Source: Eledone cirrhosa (taxonomy: Eukaryota). Taken from it: a DNA stretch of 64,000 nucleotides. The position numbers and the translations under genes were made by a program. The notes below the pieces were generated by a model. That model was not told where the DNA came from, ran no database searches, and saw only the letters and a program-made list of their open reading frames with translations. Numbering within the stretch: position 1 is the stretch's first letter; every line of letters begins with the position of its first letter. Positions 43,707 through 58,063 of the stretch are shown here, piece by piece. The stretch is taken from NCBI GenBank assembly GCA_964016885.1, contig OZ024742.1:190960001-191024000 (forward strand). The letters are read 5' to 3'.

Positions 43707-43712
<6 letters not shown>
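43487..43712. repeat. Spacerless palindrome containing two mirror HHRs
   Basis: Symmetry centre at 43599/43600, with arms of about 113 bp and few mismatches. Confidence 0.88.
43600..43668 (+). ncRNA. Type I hammerhead ribozyme
   Basis: attttat-CTGATGA-aaacacaaat...atttgatttt-GAAA-tgcgca-TA-ataaaat. Mirror copy at 43531-43599. Confidence 0.85.
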
Positions 43713-43782
<70 letters not shown>

Positions 43783-43784
43783 TA

Positions 43785-44881
43785 TGAGAGTATTGAAGTT
43801 TGCTTGAAGCATTGTGGAACAATAAGTAAATATCTTTAAGTCGTTTGGAAGCATCGGCAATGCAAATGGGTAAATCTCCGGGTAACAAGGTCCGGTGGTG
43901 GAGAGAGAGATGTAAGTGGGTGTACGTTGAGATGCGTGGTGTGTAGAAGATGTGTGAGATGTGTAGAATGAAGGGAAGAGTATAAAGGATAACATAAAAA
44001 TAACAACACAAGAGAGAGTTACCTTGGGAGAGATTTAATAGTCCCTATATATTTCGGATTCACATCCATCAACTGGGGTTTTTTCCGGGGTGGGGGAAAA
44101 GGTTGTCTGTCGGACAAGTCCGGAACGCGTCCTTCGCTGTTTGTTGTTTAGAATATCTGAGGTATTCGGCAGAGCGCGCGTGCGCGTGAAATGGGGTCGG
44201 TCGTGCAGAGGTCATTGGCCGAATGAGGGAGTGGGATGGCGCTAGCTGTCAGTCCATTCTCTGCCTGTTTGTTAAATGTTACTGTGTGTGTGTGTGCGTG
44301 TGTTGTTGTCTCGCTTGAGTGTGTGTGTGTGTGTGCGTGTGTTGTTGCCTTGTTCCTCTGTATTGGTAGTGTAGTATGTTCGTATGGTGGAATGCTACTG
44401 TTTGTGTGTGCGTGTGTGTGTGTAGTTGTCTCGTTTGCGCGTGTGTGTGTGTGCGTGTGTTCTGTGTTGTTGCATCGCTTGTTAACTTAAACCAGCCATC
44501 TCATTTCGCTTCTCTCTGATCGGTTATTTATTTGCGGTTGCAGTCGTTTGATAAAAAGCGCTTCCTTGAAACGTAACGTGCCGACGTTTCTTTCAGTCGC
44601 TAGAATTGTGACAATGGGCCTTCCGTCTTTGTTTCCGCATTTGTCTATGTGTTTCCGGAAAGACGAGGCCCTGGTTTTAATGGGTTCCTTGATCCGGATG
44701 TGTTGTTATTTTAATTTTATCCTTTATACTCTTCCCTTCATTCTACACATCTCACACATCTTATACACACCACGCATCTCAACGTACGTCCACTTACATC
44801 TCTCTCTCCACCACCGGACCTTGTTACCCGGAGATTTACCCATTTGCATTGTTGAGGCTTCCAAACGACTTAAAGATATTT
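43785..44881 (-). mobile_element. PLE 3' end (GIY-YIG tail plus UTR) with inverted terminal copy
   Basis: Minus 44490-44700 translates IRIKEPIKT...KHIDKC...KEALFIKRLQPQINNRSE, like 36300-36510. 43828-44010 is inverted at 44700-44881. Confidence 0.8.
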
Positions 44882-45014
44882 ACATACATATATATATATA
44901 TCTGTATATATATCTGTATATATTCATTTTTTTACACCCAACTGTATCAAGGATTTTACATATTTTCCAATATGTATATATATATATAATAATAATAATA
45001 ATATATACATATAT

Positions 45015-45066
<52 letters not shown>

Positions 45067-45126
45067 ACACTTTTTCGCTCTACATGGCTGAATACAATGA
45101 ATGTAATCTCAGTTTTTCGAATATTA

Positions 45127-45235
45127 ATGATTGTTTCTACTTTTGGCACAAGGCCAGCAATTACCCAATGCATACTGGTACTTTATTTTATCGACCCCGT
45201 AAGGATGAAAGGCAAAGTTAGCCTCGGCAGGATTC
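45127..45235 (-). mobile_element. SINE 3' half
   Basis: Reverse complement of the 190-bp family tail and central domain. Confidence 0.8.
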
Positions 45236-45339
45236 GATTCGCTTGCAATTATGCAAACAAGATAGCCATGTCAGTAGAATGACTCCTTCATTCTTGCTCT
45301 TGTGTTGGCATGTGAACTGAACTGCAGACACTGATGTTT

Positions 45340-46795
45340 CTGGGTATCTATTGGCGTCAGCATAGCTGGTGACGTTGCCAACCTTTTTATGGTATGGTGG
45401 GAAAGGAGACTCAAAATCTCCTTGATGAGAGCTCCATAGACCTCCTCATGTACTCTCGTTACGTAGACGATATTAATATAGTAATAATGACACCTCCACA
45501 AGAGAGTACTATCATATATGATTTAGAATGTAGCACAATGGAAAGCATCTAGCAGATAGCTAACTCCGTACAGCAGGTTATATCTGTAACTATCGACTAT
45601 CCTTCCAAACACTCTAACAATAGACTACCTGCATTAGACACAGAACTCTGGATTAACACTATAGACGAGAGAGCCCAAATTCTCCACTCACACTACGCTA
45701 AACACATGGCCTCCAAATACCCGATACTCAAAAACTCAGCAATGTCCAGTAGTGCTAAGTTTAATATTCTGGTCGCTGACTTGGTACGAGTGATGAAGAA
45801 CGTGTCCCGCATCTGCGACCCAACAGAAATGGAAAGACACATCCAACACTTCATCAACCGCATGCAGTTCGCTGGCTACAACCAAAGAGACAGAATCAGA
45901 GTATACAATGAGCCACGGAGAAGTATAAGACCTTCATAGAACTGGACATGAAAGGAATTTGTCCATTATACACGAGCAAACCATGGAATAGCTTAGATAA
46001 AACTAAACATAAGAGCGGGAAAGCCACCTCATGATACGACAACCAGAGATACCAGAGTGTCATGTTCGTGGACGCTACCCCTGGAGGGAAATTAGCTAAC
46101 CAATGTAGAAAGGCCGTGAGAAAGACCCACTTAAAGATCAAAGACGTAGAAAAGCCAGGAACTAAAATAAAATCCCTGATCAGCAAAATATACCCTTTTA
46201 AGAAAACCCACTGTACTAATAGGAAATGTGTTATATGTATAGCGAAATAGAGCTTAGAAAGCCAAAGCTAAATAGAAAAAAATGAATGGAATAAAAACAA
46301 CACCCAAACAAACAATACTGACTTAAGAGAAATATAAATAAATAAATATATACACAAGCACAATAACAACAAACACATATAAACACACACTAGTAAACTA
46401 AGATGGAATACAATGACCAAAACACAGTCACCCAAACGCGAACACACACCAAACACTACACACACACGCAAACGCATACGCAGAGAAGACAAAAATAAAT
46501 AAATAAACAGATAAAATAAAAATGGCGTAGGCATACAATACAACAAGAGGAAACATAATAGTGCCACTGATGATGTTGCAGATGTGCAACGAAAGAACTC
46601 TGTTGGACTATATATATGTATTTATATCTGTATTTTTGACCGTTGGTCATTCAATGATACACATTGAGGACCAAATGAATAAACTGTGGAGATATGAAAG
46701 ATACAGAAGCGAAAACCAACCAAACAGTGAGTGTGTTCTGTTATTATTTCTGGCAATATTAGTACAACAATATGACCCTCCCCAAGTATAACAAT
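45340..46795 (+). mobile_element. PLE fragment of another lineage: RT C-half, endonuclease deleted, 3' UTR present
   Basis: IGVSIAGDVANLFMVWW, RYVDDINI, LP.LD, VMFVDATPGG and C...C..C, then a jump to NRKNEW. HHR-like CTGATGA-tgttgca..tgcaac-GAAA at about 46567. Terminus atgaccctccccaagtataacaa. Confidence 0.8.
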
Positions 46796-46835
46796 ATTTG
46801 TTTCGACACACGATTTCATATCAAAACCTCGCAAA

Positions 46836-46914
<79 letters not shown>

Positions 46915-46916
<2 letters not shown>

Positions 46917-47335
46917 CAAAGTGTTATTCAATTTGTTGGTTATTCAACACATTTATTTATAACAGATTCGATGCGCTCTACAGGAATCTTCAGGAGTATA
47001 ATATCAATAATATTAATAAATGGAAACTATCTTTATAAAACCATATTTATTGTACTATATATATTTCGAGGGTACCAAACATTTTTCGTACGCCCTCATC
47101 AGATAAAATACAAACATTGTTTTATAGATAGTGACATATTCAAGAACAAGAAGTTGTCCTAAGATTTGAATTTCTTTCACTACTCAAACAGAACGTAAAA
47201 CGATAAGTTCTTGTTCTTGAATAAAACAATTTTCGTATTTTATCTGATGAGAGCGTACCAAAATATGTTGGTACCCTTGAAATATATATAATAAAATAAA
47301 TATGGTTTTATAAAGATAGTTTCCATTTATTAATA

Positions 47336-47340
<5 letters not shown>
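46915..47340. mobile_element. TA-flanked fold-back HHR module (family D)
   Basis: Diverged arms at about 47006-47158 and 47202-47340. Sister copy at 55943-56377. Confidence 0.85.
47236..47298 (+). ncRNA. Type I hammerhead ribozyme (family D)
   Basis: tattttat-CTGATGA-gagcgtaccaa-aatatg-ttggtaccctt-GAAA-tatata-TA-ataaaata. Confidence 0.85.
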
Positions 47341-47405
<65 letters not shown>

Positions 47406-47559
47406 TCAATCAATGATAATTATTGACTGCCAGCTAAATTATTATGTTGTCAATATTAGTAGATGACCCTACCCAAATATAACAATACCTGGAAAAATCA
47501 TATTGTCGGAAAAATGTGTGCATTATTTTTCCAATGATATTCAACTTAGAGCTGACCCT

Positions 47560-48225
47560 AGACAATCGATAGGTAGTCCCACAAAACAAAATGTGTCAAC
47601 ATCTAAGAGCTCATATCAATGTTGAGTATTGCAGCTCTGTCAAAGCAATACTATATATCACAAAATATATCAACAAGAGCAGTGACATGGCTACCTTTGT
47701 TACTAACAAGGAACTCAATGATAGTGGGCTGGTTGAAGTCAAACAGTGTCAGACAGATTGATATATCTCCAGCAATGAATCTTCCTGGTGGATCTTTGGA
47801 TTTGATATCCACCCCCAACACCACCGCCATCCAACAGTAGTCAACCTCGCAGTCCAGCTAGAAAATGGACAGAGAGTGTATTTCACTGAGACCACTGCTC
47901 ACCAATTTACACAAGCACCACCTACTAGAAGTTGTAACCATGACAGGAACATTTGCTGGTGACAATTGTTTCCTTTCCAGAATACCTCTGAAGACAACTG
48001 ATTTGCTATTTGAATTTCAAAGACTTTAATTTCATCAGATTCAGTTTTGCCATGACCATCAATAAATTTCAAGGGCAATCATTGGAAGTCGTTGTGTTGA
48101 ACCTGGCAGATCCTATCTTTTCACATGTTCAACTCTATAATGGTACAATGGTTGGAAACCCTGATTATCTGATAATTGTAGTACCACAGGCAAATTCAAG
48201 AATGTTGTTTATCCAGAGGCTTTGA
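47560..48225 (+). mobile_element. Helitron RepHel remnant, internally deleted
   Basis: INVEYCSSVKAI.YITKYINKSSD (Rep motif 3), YISSNE..W.IFGF.IH...LAVQLENGQRVYF, and FAMTINKFQGQSL...FSH.QLY (Pif1 helicase motif V). Confidence 0.85.
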
Positions 48226-48552
48226 AATGCGTGATATCGCAATTCCTCCTTCAATGACAATAAATACTAAATCCATAGTCATACAGTTTGTAAGGAATTG
48301 TGAACGTGAAACCTTACTGCATAGTGTTACTTTGGATGGACATACAGACATTCCTGGGTACCTCTGCTATGTAGAGTAGTATAAGTGGAATCTTTTTTAA
48401 GGTAGGAAGCTCGACCTGTTGGAAATAGCAGCCAAATTTCTTTCAAATCACAGTCTAGTGCCTGGTGATGAAGCAAAAGGAAAGGGTTGTATGTGACAAT
48501 TCGATTTACTAGAAATATTAGCAAAATCTATTTCAAATTACAGTGAAGTCTT

Positions 48553-48665
<113 letters not shown>

Positions 48666-48859
48666 CATGTGTTTGAATGTATGTATGTCATGGAAACCAC
48701 TATAACTGTTGGTGTACCTAAAAGAAATAGAAAACAAATCTCCCTCAAACAAGATCCTACTGCCATAGAGGTAAAGATTTGTGAAAGCTACGGTGTAAAA
48801 ATTTTAATTAACCCAGGCTCTGCCGCACCTTGGGCTAAGGAGGGTAAACTCCCCAAAGA

Positions 48860-49085
48860 TCGGTTGCTCGCCGAGAGGTTTGTAGTTGAGCCCATATCAA
48901 TGGACACCTCTGGTGTCCTTGGCTCTAGGGCTACCTCCCAACTCACCACAATCGGCACAGAGTTGGCTACCCGCAAAGTTAAGCCTCGCAAGCCGGAATG
49001 GATTTTCCAGCGCGTCTCCCTCCCCATCTTCTATTCCGACCGCCAGCGCTGCTGGCCGGCCAGCGTGTGGGCCCCCATTTGCTAA
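48860..49085 (+). mobile_element. CRE-clade C-terminal fragment
   Basis: EPISMDTSGVLG...WIFQRVSL, homologous to 28850-29035. Its tail also matches 33750-33775 in reverse complement. Confidence 0.65.
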
Positions 49086-49552
49086 TAATAGTGGGTGATG
49101 GGGGTGTTCGGGAGAGATGGAGCAGTGACAGTTGGAGTTTGGTTCCTGGTGTATTTGTATATATTTACCACAATTACACACATTTGAATAAACTTTTTGA
49201 ATTACAGAAATGATTAAGTACATTTTTCATTCATTTATAAACAAATGGTGAATTTATTTTATTTTATTTTATTTATGCTTTTTTAAAATAGCCTTCACAT
49301 TTTGTTTGAATGTCAGAGGTTCTGTGCAAAAAAAAAGAAGGATAAATGAAATCTAAATTTATTTTGTTGGTCATACTCTTTTCCCTGACAACACACCTAA
49401 TGATTCTTCCAAATACGAAGCATTATATATGATGACTGTAATAGGGAGCAGTATTAATAAAATCGCCACTGGGCAAAGCTAGTAGTATTTTGATCTACAT
49501 GATTTGCTATTATATTTCAATGGTCAAATATTGTAACAGTAATAAAATACCC

Positions 49553-49742
49553 GCGGTGGATTGGCAGTATCGGTAGAGGGTCGGACGCCATGCTTTCCAG
49601 CATAGTTACGTCCCTATACGATCTGTGTTCAAATTCCGCCGAGGTTGACTTTGCCTTTCATCCTTACGGGGTCGATAAAATAAAGTACCAGTAATGCACT
49701 GAGTAATTGCTGGCCTTGTGCCTAAAGTAGAAACAATTAATA
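49553..49742 (+). mobile_element. tRNA-derived SINE (190-bp family)
   Basis: Full copy. Confidence 0.85.
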
Positions 49743-49796
49743 AATTACCAGGGAATCAACGTGTAGCTCAGCGAGTGTATATATATATATATATAT

Positions 49797-49898
49797 TATT
49801 TGTTAACATAATTAAATTAAATTAATTCAACAGTTGAACAGACATAGGAATAATAACGTTGCTACCAAAGAGCCAGAAGTTTAACAATTCGACCCTAA
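49797..49898. repeat. Short dispersed repeat
   Basis: Direct copy at about 52123-52220. Confidence 0.7.
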
Positions 49899-50486
49899 AT
49901 ATAACTAATAGCACTACGAAAGACACGGACGACACCAACTTTTTTTAAACTTTGATTTTGAAAGTATATTTATAATTATTATTTTCATTATACTTCTATA
50001 GCTGTCCCGGAATCCTAGTTGGAGTAATCATAGACGTTGGTGATCCTAGTCTGAAGTTCAATCCTGGTTCCCGTTAAACCTTTTCAGTTTTTTTTATGGG
50101 ATGTAAAATAAAAAATGGAAATAATTACATGTACCTTTTGACCGGGATAGAGCCCAAGACCAGGATCTGCACCGCCTCTAGTACCTACCGCTAGACCACT
50201 GAGACAGATTTGTAAATATTATCAAAATTCATACTTATAAACGTACTTTCAACATTTTCAATACAAAATGATGTGGTGTCGTTCATGTGTTTCTTAATGT
50301 CGTTGTTATTACATAAAGTCGACTTCTAAATCATTTGCCTGTTCCATAAATTACATCCTCATTTTGTTTCTCATCTATCTAGACTATATTTTAACCTGTA
50401 ATCCATGTTTCATTTCTGTTGCACCTCATTTCTCCCCACTCCTATGTTTTTGCATGTCAGTTAGATTCAAACTTACAATGATTGGC

Positions 50487-50537
<51 letters not shown>

Positions 50538-50543
<6 letters not shown>

Positions 50544-50669
50544 TCTGAAGACAGCATATATATGTGAAAGTATGTATATTTCCTCTGATAGTTTGTAAAA
50601 TCTTTACATAGATCTATATGATATACATACCAACACACATATATATCCTAGAAACGATCGTAAAATGAT
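50538..50669 (+). ncRNA. Type I hammerhead ribozyme with long helix II
   Basis: attattt-CTGAAGA-cagcatatatatgtg...cacatatatatccta-GAAAC-gatc-GTA-aaatgat. The module 50538-50727 lies between TA tracts. Confidence 0.82.
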
Positions 50670-50722
50670 GAATTTTTTAATATAAGGAACTTGTTCTTTG
50701 TTTTTATTCATTGTTTTTATCA

Positions 50723-50763
<41 letters not shown>

Positions 50764-50859
50764 TTAATCGATCGACTTTCGTCAAATCGGACCGAGGAAA
50801 CAATGTTTCCGTTGGTCTTTCCAGTTGCTAGTACTATCTATCGGTCGCAACTCCAGGTA

Positions 50860-50980
50860 GAAGGAGCAACGTGAAATAAAGTGTCTTGCTCAAGGACATA
50901 ACGCATCGCCCGGTCCAGGAATCGAACTCACAACCTCAAGATTGTGAATCCAATTCTCTAACCACTCAGCCACACGCCTT

Positions 50981-50982
<2 letters not shown>
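50860..50982 (-). mobile_element. CORE-type SINE head
   Basis: gtgtcttgctcaaggaca...ggaatcgaactc...ctaaccactcagccac (reverse B and A boxes). Confidence 0.75.
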
Positions 50983-51901
<919 letters not shown>

Positions 51902-52254
51902 TAAACGGAATAGAAAATGCTGACAAATTGTTCACAGTTGAAAAATGGTTTAATTAGGAATAAAAGAGTATTAGTGATTGTATGGGTTAGTATTCAGTTG
52001 TGATTTTAAGTTTTTAAGTTTTTACCGGTTGCGCATGTCTAAATGCTTTTCAAAAATAATTTTGAGATAGAGTGTCCGTGCTGTTTGCTCTGATCTGAGC
52101 AAATTATATATATATATAATTTGTTTGTTAAAATAATTGAATTAAATTAATTCAACAGTTAAACACACAGGAATAATAAGATTGTTACCTAAGAGCCAGA
52201 AGATTGACAAGTCGACCCTACATAAGGAGGATATCTACAAGGTCAACAATTTTG

Positions 52255-52425
52255 GGGAAAGGGAACGTTGATTAAATCGATCCCAGTGCATTACATGTGC
52301 TTTATTTTACCGAACCCATCCGGTTGAAAGGCAAAGCTAACCTCGGCGGGTTTTGAAATCAAAACGTAAAGGCTGTAACTCAATGCAACTAAGCATGTTG
52401 TCCGACACTTTAACTATTCTGCCAA
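52255..52425 (-). mobile_element. Diverged SINE (190-bp family variant)
   Basis: tttattttaccgaaccc...gaaaggcaaagctaacctcggcggg. Similar old copies occur at about 58985-59055, 60165-60300 and 62195-62350. Confidence 0.65.
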
Positions 52426-52699
52426 GGAACCAGCTGGAGTAGGAACCAGCTGTCAAAATATCATCATTATATTTACTAGCATAAGAACCGCCTCCCGGGC
52501 TGTTTTCTGCTAACATATGTAGTGTGAATATTGGTATTATGCGCAAATATATATGTATATAGATATGGTATGTAAACTGAAAAGTAAATTGACAATATCT
52601 TCGTCTTCTTCGCCCACTTATTTCTCAAACATTCCCTTCAGTGAGTCTGTCAGTAGCAAGCATCTCTAACTCATCCAGCTGGATCTCAAAGCGTGACCG

Positions 52700-53065
52700 T
52701 CTGCGTTGTCCAGAATTGATGTGAAAAGACCTGACGGTCTTACCGTGTGCCCATGGCCAAAAGCAGGTGCCTTTTCTGGGACGTCACAGTTAATAACTCT
52801 TTTTCTTCTTCCTACATACTGGCCGAACGGAACAAAATCCTAAAATATCCTGATCTCTCGGCTAACTACATTTTCCAGGCAGTGGCGTTCGCGACGTTTG
52901 GGAGAGTCGGACTACTGACAGCGAGGTTCGTATCTTCACTGACGGCTCGCCTAACCGAGGTAACTGGTGATACTCGTGAGGGTGCTTCGTTGTTCAAGCA
53001 CCTCCGCCTCACCATCCCCCAAGGTGTCGCTGCGAGCGTGCTGGCTTGCTTCAAAATTATTAGAG
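52700..53065 (+). mobile_element. CRE-clade restriction-like endonuclease fragment
   Basis: KRPDGLT...FWDVTV...AERNKILKY...F.AVAF.TFG...GDTRE...QG.AASV. Confidence 0.8.
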
Positions 53066-53570
53066 AGGTTTCCCAGTGCTCCACGCTATATTGTTATCTT
53101 TTGCTCTGGTAGCGGCTCATTTGTCCACCACATTAGCCTTCCTTTTGTTGTATGTGGTCCTAGATGTATGTATTACCTGCTTGTGTGTTTTTCTCTTTCT
53201 TTTCCTTTTTCTTTTTTTCTTTTACCTTCTCTCTGTATATATTATATTTGTTTGTGTTTTCGTTCTGTAAGCTTTAAATTATAAAATTTTTTATACAATT
53301 CCGAATTAAATTGTAACAACAACTGTATTTTAAAAAAAAGAGTTAAATGTATGTGTGTGTGTTTGTGTGAATGTATGTATCTCTGTGTAAAAGTATGTGT
53401 ATTTGTGTGAATGTATGTCCTTGAGTGTCTGTCTTTGCGCGATTAAAGATGTATACACATACATATGAATGTATGTATAGGCACATACTTACACGCACAC
53501 ACATACACGTACACGTCAACATATGGAAAACAATTATATATATCTGTCACATTGTCAGGCTATCTATCTG

Positions 53571-53673
<103 letters not shown>

Positions 53674-53689
53674 TAGTCACACATCACAC

Positions 53690-54095
53690 ATAACACTATA
53701 CACACACGCAAACGCATGCGCAAAGAAGACAAAATAAAATAAGATAAACAAACAAGCAAATAAATAAATAAATATATAGACAGACTGAACAAAAAAAATG
53801 GCGTAGACATACAACACAACAGGAGGAACAATGAATATAACACCACTGACGATGTTGCAGATGTGCAACGAAAGATTTATGTAAATTATGTAAACTATAT
53901 ATATATGTGTTTGTCTATATTGTATCTGTATTATTTTTGACCGCCGGTCAGTCAATGGCAACATTGAGGACCGAGTAAGTTAGATCGCAGATATATATAT
54001 ATAAAAGACAGCGAGAAGCGAAAACCAACCAAACAGTGAGTGTGTTCTGTTATTAATTCTGGCAATATTACGCAAATATGACCCTCCCCAAATAT

Positions 54096-54100
<5 letters not shown>
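53690..54100 (+). mobile_element. 3' UTR copy of the 45340-46795 PLE family
   Basis: Colinear with 46455-46795. CTGACGA-tgttgca..tgcaac-GAAA at 53846. Ends in atgaccctccccaaatataacaa followed by (TA)n. Confidence 0.8.
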
Positions 54101-54175
<75 letters not shown>

Positions 54176-54268
54176 GTAGAATCTCATCTATATTAACACT
54201 TTTATACACTCTGCAATGTATTGAGTACCTTACTTACTGTGGTTACCTCCGATTCAACCCGGAATAAC

Positions 54269-54346
<78 letters not shown>

Positions 54347-54597
54347 AAGCGGTAGTTGGGGTGGTGATATACCAGAAGTGTTGAAATGTGAAACTTTTAA
54401 AAGAAGTAAATCTTCAAATAAGCAATAAAAAAATTCATGCTTTATCAATAGTTACGAAATTTAGCACATAAATTATATAATATACATTCATTATTTATTA
54501 ATAGTAATCCAACTTATTTTACTAACGGGACAAATGTATATGTATTAAATAAAATAAAATAAATAAGTCAAATGTTTAAAATTTGGCTTCATTTATT

Positions 54598-54652
54598 ACT
54601 GCTATATATATTTCGGTGACAGCCATCTTTGGCTGTGATCTCTTCAGGTAGT
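54598..54652 (-). ncRNA. Type I hammerhead ribozyme
   Basis: Minus strand reads actac-CTGAAGA-gatcacagcca-aaga-tggctgtcacc-GAAA-tatata-TA-gcagt. Confidence 0.72.
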
Positions 54653-54879
54653 CCGAATTAGTGTGGTAGAGACGAGTACACATGTTGTTTAGGTGTTTAA
54701 CTTTGTCAATACTCTGATATGCCCAGTTCCTGATTGGGTTGTTATTTTACTGAGGAACTGGAATCATATGAATTTAAACAAACGAATTTCAGCGTCAAAG
54801 GGCCTCTTCTCCTCTCATTGGTCAGTTGTTAGAACATTCCTCAGTCAAAAGTCTATAGATATTCGCTCTGAGGCAAGCC

Positions 54880-54963
<84 letters not shown>

Positions 54964-54973
54964 CATACATACA

Positions 54974-55005
<32 letters not shown>

Positions 55006-55626
55006 CACACACACACACCACACATCTATATAAACATAATCATAACTAACTGGCTACATAAAATAGTACAACATGGGAGATGATAGCTCAATAAATGGTC
55101 TTTTGATGGTAATCCGACAACACACAGATGTGATCTGTTAGAAATGAACAGATGATTTAGTCTTGCAAACAAACAAACAAAATGGAATCATTCATTAGAT
55201 ATTGATTGAAGATCTCAGCTAAAATTCTATAGTTGTTGCTTACAGAAACACAATGTATGATAAAATATTAATAATAAGATAAAGCTGGGATCTGTAGTAA
55301 TCGGGCCTAAAAATGTTTGTATGAGACTTTTAAGTAGTTGCATTGTCGGTTTTACTTCCTCCTAACTAAGCTTAGCCTCACTGCCAAGCAGACGGTATTA
55401 AAGTGCAAAGGAAAAGGCCATTGACAACGTCAGTTAATCTTTTTGCCGCTAGTGTAAACAATAGCAAAGTAGTCTTTTGTCAGCTATCAGACGGAGATTA
55501 TCAGTAATACGGAAAAGAAATACTTTAATGACAATGGGATTTCATGCTTCACATTAAGAGAGCTCTGTCTAAAATTTAAACATTTACACAGACGGAAAAC
55601 TATATATTTTCCTCTATTTTCAAAAT

Positions 55627-55715
55627 CCGGCAGTTGCAAGAGCGGGAGAGTTCGTCCTGGTGAGGACCATTTGAGTTCGAAATGCATCGACGATTGTCCC
55701 TCTTGCCTCTGCCGG
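55627..55715 (+). ncRNA. Type I hammerhead motif with extended helix I and A6G core variant
   Basis: ccggcag..gcaagag..tcgtc-CTGGTGA-ggac..gttc-GAAA-tgca-TC-gacga..ctcttgc..ctgccgg. Confidence 0.7.
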
Positions 55716-55859
55716 GCACCGCCTGCTGGTGTTAGCTGCTGGTGTGTTATTCATAGCTATGCATTTATAAATGTTTATTTATAAACATGCCGATTTATTT
55801 GGAAATACGAAATTCAAATACATATTTGGATACAGCTACGTTCGAAGCTATATCCTAAA

Positions 55860-55923
<64 letters not shown>

Positions 55924-55942
55924 CATATATATATATATATAT

Positions 55943-56503
<561 letters not shown>

Positions 56504-56639
56504 TTTAGTGCAGCATAATCGTAGCTCTGGCTGCAGCATAGCTAACGAATGCAATCGGGTGGTGCTGCTAAGCACTCAATAATGTATATTGCCTTAGAGT
56601 TATAACATTACGTTTAGACAGCTTTGCAAATTTAAGATA

Positions 56640-57305
56640 GTGACCGTTATTGTTATACTTTGTGAGGGTTGTATTTTTATAAAATTGCCAGAAATAATAA
56701 CGGAACACACTCACTGTTTGATTTGGGGTTGGTTAACGCTTCTGTATCTTTTATATCGCCATAGTTAATTTATTTATATTTACCTTAGGTCACTATTGTT
56801 TGTTTGAGTATGGTTGATGTTGTTATTCCATTCGTTCTTTCACTTTAACTTTGGTTTCCTTGGTTCTATCTTAGTTGCTTCTCTGATTTGCCTACCTGTT
56901 GAGTCATTTTCATGTTTTGATATTGTTTTAATTTCTATGCTGTCTATATTACCGTCATGTCTTTGTCTTGCGTGTTCATATAGTACTGAACCGTTTTTTT
57001 TTTTGTCCTTTTAGTTCCCCCAAGTGTTGGTCTATTCTTTCTCCTATGCTTCGAGCTGTCTCACCTATGTCTATCGTTGTCATGTTTCTGCAACTATCCT
57101 CTGTACATCGTATGCTATAGACTATATTTCTAGTTTTACAATTTATCTTCGGGTTCATTCTACATATAAAACACTTCTTATTCGTACAGGGGTATCACTT
57201 GCTGATCAGGGATTTTATGGTAGTTCCTGGCCTTTCTTAGGGCCGTTCTACATTGCTTAGCTAATATTCCTCCGGGGGTAACAGCCACGAACATGACACT
57301 CTGTT
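56640..57305 (-). mobile_element. PLE GIY-YIG region plus UTR (same lineage as 45340-46795)
   Basis: SVMFVAVTPGG...CKTRNIVYSIRC...DIGETARSIGERIDQH...RQIREA...KNEW. UTR motif aaacagtgagtgtgttc is shared. Confidence 0.82.
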
Positions 57306-57402
57306 ATCAAAGATACACACACACAAACACACACACATATATATATATGTTCATATATATATATATATATATATAAACATTTAACATACATATATATATA
57401 TA

Positions 57403-58063
57403 AACAGAAAAAATGAAACGAAATTTCATTTCTCACTCTTAGTACGGCTGTTACTTAAATATAAGTATGTATACGTACATACATATATGTATACAGACGT
57501 ACAGTAGTGTGTACATATATATACATACATGCACACATATATATATATGTACGTATATATATGTGTGCATGTATGTATATATATATACATGCTACTGTAC
57601 GTCTGTATACATATATGTATGTACGTATACATACTTATATTTAAGTAACAGCCGTACTAAGAGTGAGAAATGAAATTTCGTTTCATTTTAACCGTTTATT
57701 GTTTTCGGTATGCCCGGCCGATTAACTCACTCGATATGCAAATTAGGTTGCTCAGCCGTTAATATGCATAAGCAAAGTATATACTTTCAGACGTTCAATC
57801 ATCTGGCAGGAAGGTATACGTTGCTGACGATAGTTAATAAGCTTGAAACAAGTACAGCGTTCCTTTGTCAGTGTTGAATAAATGAGCAACGATGGTTGTT
57901 AGACACTGTACGGTTTAATTCGGGATGTTTGTTTACAAACACACCGCGCATTATGATAAATGTTCGGTGAATCCATACGTACATATATATATGTGTGCAT
58001 GTATGTATATATATATCCATACTACTGTACGTCTGTATACATATATCTATGTACGTATACATA

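Noticed and set aside
44043-44078. Minus-strand ccc-CAGTTGA-tggat..atcc-GAAA-tata-TA-ggg
   Set aside because: Probably a dead PLE HHR with two core changes, so it is not listed as a ribozyme.
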